Source: Gracilinanus agilis | Taxonomy: Eukaryota | Length of the DNA: 64,000 nt | NCBI RefSeq assembly: GCF_016433145.1 | Contig: NC_058133.1 | Span: forward strand, 256,915,560 to 256,979,559 | Direction of reading: 5' to 3' | In this document: positions 62,331 through 64,000 of the stretch, piece by piece | Position numbering within the stretch: position 1 is the stretch's first letter | How the letters are laid out: each line of letters starts with the position of its first letter | Translations under genes and position numbers: made by a program | The notes under the pieces: generated by a model | Told to the model about the DNA's origin: nothing | Databases searched by the model: none | The model's input: only the letters and a program-made list of their open reading frames with translations

Positions 62331-62704
62331 GTTATTTAATTATTAATTCTAAGATAAATAGTAATGGTTTTTTAAAAAAGAGGGGGGGAAAAGAAAAGAA
62401 ACCTTTATAATAAGCATGGTCAAGCAAAAATGAATCCACAAAGTGACAATGTCCAAAAATACACATTTCTTTCTGAACCTTGTGTCCATCTATCAAGAGA
62501 TGGGTAAACATATTTCATCTTAGGCACTCTATAGACATTATTCTTTATTACTTTGATCACAGTTCTTAAGTCTTTCAAAGTTGTTTTCCTTTATAATATT
62601 ATCATCATTGTATAAACTATTCTCTTGGTCCTACCTACTTTACTCTTTATCAGTTCACACTGAATTCTCCAAAATCATCTTTTTGCCATATTCCCTGAAA
62701 CACT

Positions 62705-63307
62705 TGGGGAGGTAATTCATTTTAATGGGGAGTACTTAAGAGTATTCCACTAATCACGCAGAGGCTCACTTTTTCTTCAAGGGTTTATGCTTAAGATATA
62801 TATTTATATATACTATCAACCTTGAAAAACACAGAACCACTAACGTAGTTAAAAAGAACAAGTCTTTAATCAGGACAAGGAAGACAATGCTCAGATTCAG
62901 GGCCACTACACAGTGTCAAAGCTCTGAGAATCTGGGAACAATGAATGTCTCTGGGGAAAAGCCCCTCCAAAAGAGATTTTTCCAATGAGCTGAAGAACTT
63001 GGGGTCTTATTATACCTTTTGGGGAATATGGGACAAGAAGGTTCAATTGATTGGCTTTACAAAGGACACAATGGAGGGAGGAGTCTAGCTAGGGGCTGGA
63101 CTTACTGGGAGAGGCCTCTGATAATATGGAAAAAACTTCTAAGACAAAAGCATACTTGAGATTTGATTATATCTCCTAATTCTGTCAAAGCAGAGATCTT
63201 TGGGTGCCTTAAGGTTCAGTCTGAGACAAGGTCAGTCTGGAACTTCCCTTAAGGCAAATTCCCAAGGCACCGGGGCAAACTTGGGGGCGGGGGAGTTCCA
63301 TAAACAC
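62705..63307. mobile_element. Probable LTR fragment
   Basis: LTR-like composition ending in AAACACA; no TSD identified. Confidence 0.45.
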
Positions 63308-64000
63308 AGTTGACTGTATGTTATCAAATTTTCTGCTTAAAAGCTTTCCAGTTTATGGTTACATGTTGAATAGGGATATAATTTCAATTGTATTTATAAC
63401 TTCCAAATGGAGTCACTTCTGCTCCTTCTCTGCAAAAGATTCCTTTGCAAAGATCCAAATTCTTCCCTAAATACCTTCATTTGACTGCATTGATCATATG
63501 TACAAGGATAAGTGACCACCAGATTTTTCTTTTATATAAAGGGGGACTGACAGCAAGGAAATGTCAGTGAGCAATAATTGGGGAGGGAAACTGGCAGTTC
63601 CCACTGATAAATATGGAAGGGAAAGCAGCTTCCTCTCCCTTTAGCTCCTTCCCATTGCAGGAAAGGACTGATCAACAGAACCTGCTGCCACCTCAGCCAT
63701 CAGATGGAGAGAAAGGAAGATGTCTGGGCAAAGTGCTTACATAATTTAACCAAATGGTGCTCTCAGGCACCTCACCAGTCAAATTCCTGCTGCAGCAGCT
63801 ACCCAACCAAATCTAAGAATAAGGGAGTAGGGGATTAGGGATCCATCCAGAGACTAAGTGCCTCGTTCTGTTCTGCCTCCCCTCATGGCTCCAAGATGGA
63901 GAAACAATTTCCTTCTTCTGCCTTCTCTTTTCCAAAATTCTCTAAAAACGCAATCCTAGAAATCCAGTTTCAAACTCATGACAAACCAGTACATCTTTTT

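Overview
Vertebrate genomic DNA from the MHC class III region of a marsupial. It is most likely the opossum Monodelphis domestica, inferred from SINE1_Mdo-, MAR1- and L1_Mdo-type repeats. The first 38 kb is gene-dense: PRRC2A (BAT2, + strand, exon 2 to stop, with SNORA38 in intron 2), BAG6 (BAT3, - strand, 25 coding exons, 1149 aa, tail-to-tail with PRRC2A), the BAG6 CpG-island promoter, APOM (+, 6 exons, 188 aa) and intronless C6orf47 (G4, -, 299 aa). Exon boundaries were located by GT/AG and reading-phase checks against recalled human proteins. Two N-gaps hide the PRRC2A start codon and exon 6. The last ~25.6 kb is an AT-rich pile of nested L1, SINE, MIR, L2 and LTR fragments with no recognisable gene; GPANK1, which follows directly in human, was not found. 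Most interesting observations: (1) a candidate ~130-aa overlapping ORF in the -1 frame of PRRC2A exons 3-7, in exons with unusual synonymous CpG retention; (2) a young SINE whose target-site duplication copied a PRRC2A splice donor; (3) a ~1-kb ATG-depleted C6orf47 leader with one surviving uORF; (4) clustered in-frame, stop-free BAG6 introns and loss of the BAG6 caspase site; (5) a perfect 68-bp copy of a locus-specific SINE/L1 junction 14 kb away. Comparisons to human come from memory and need database confirmation.
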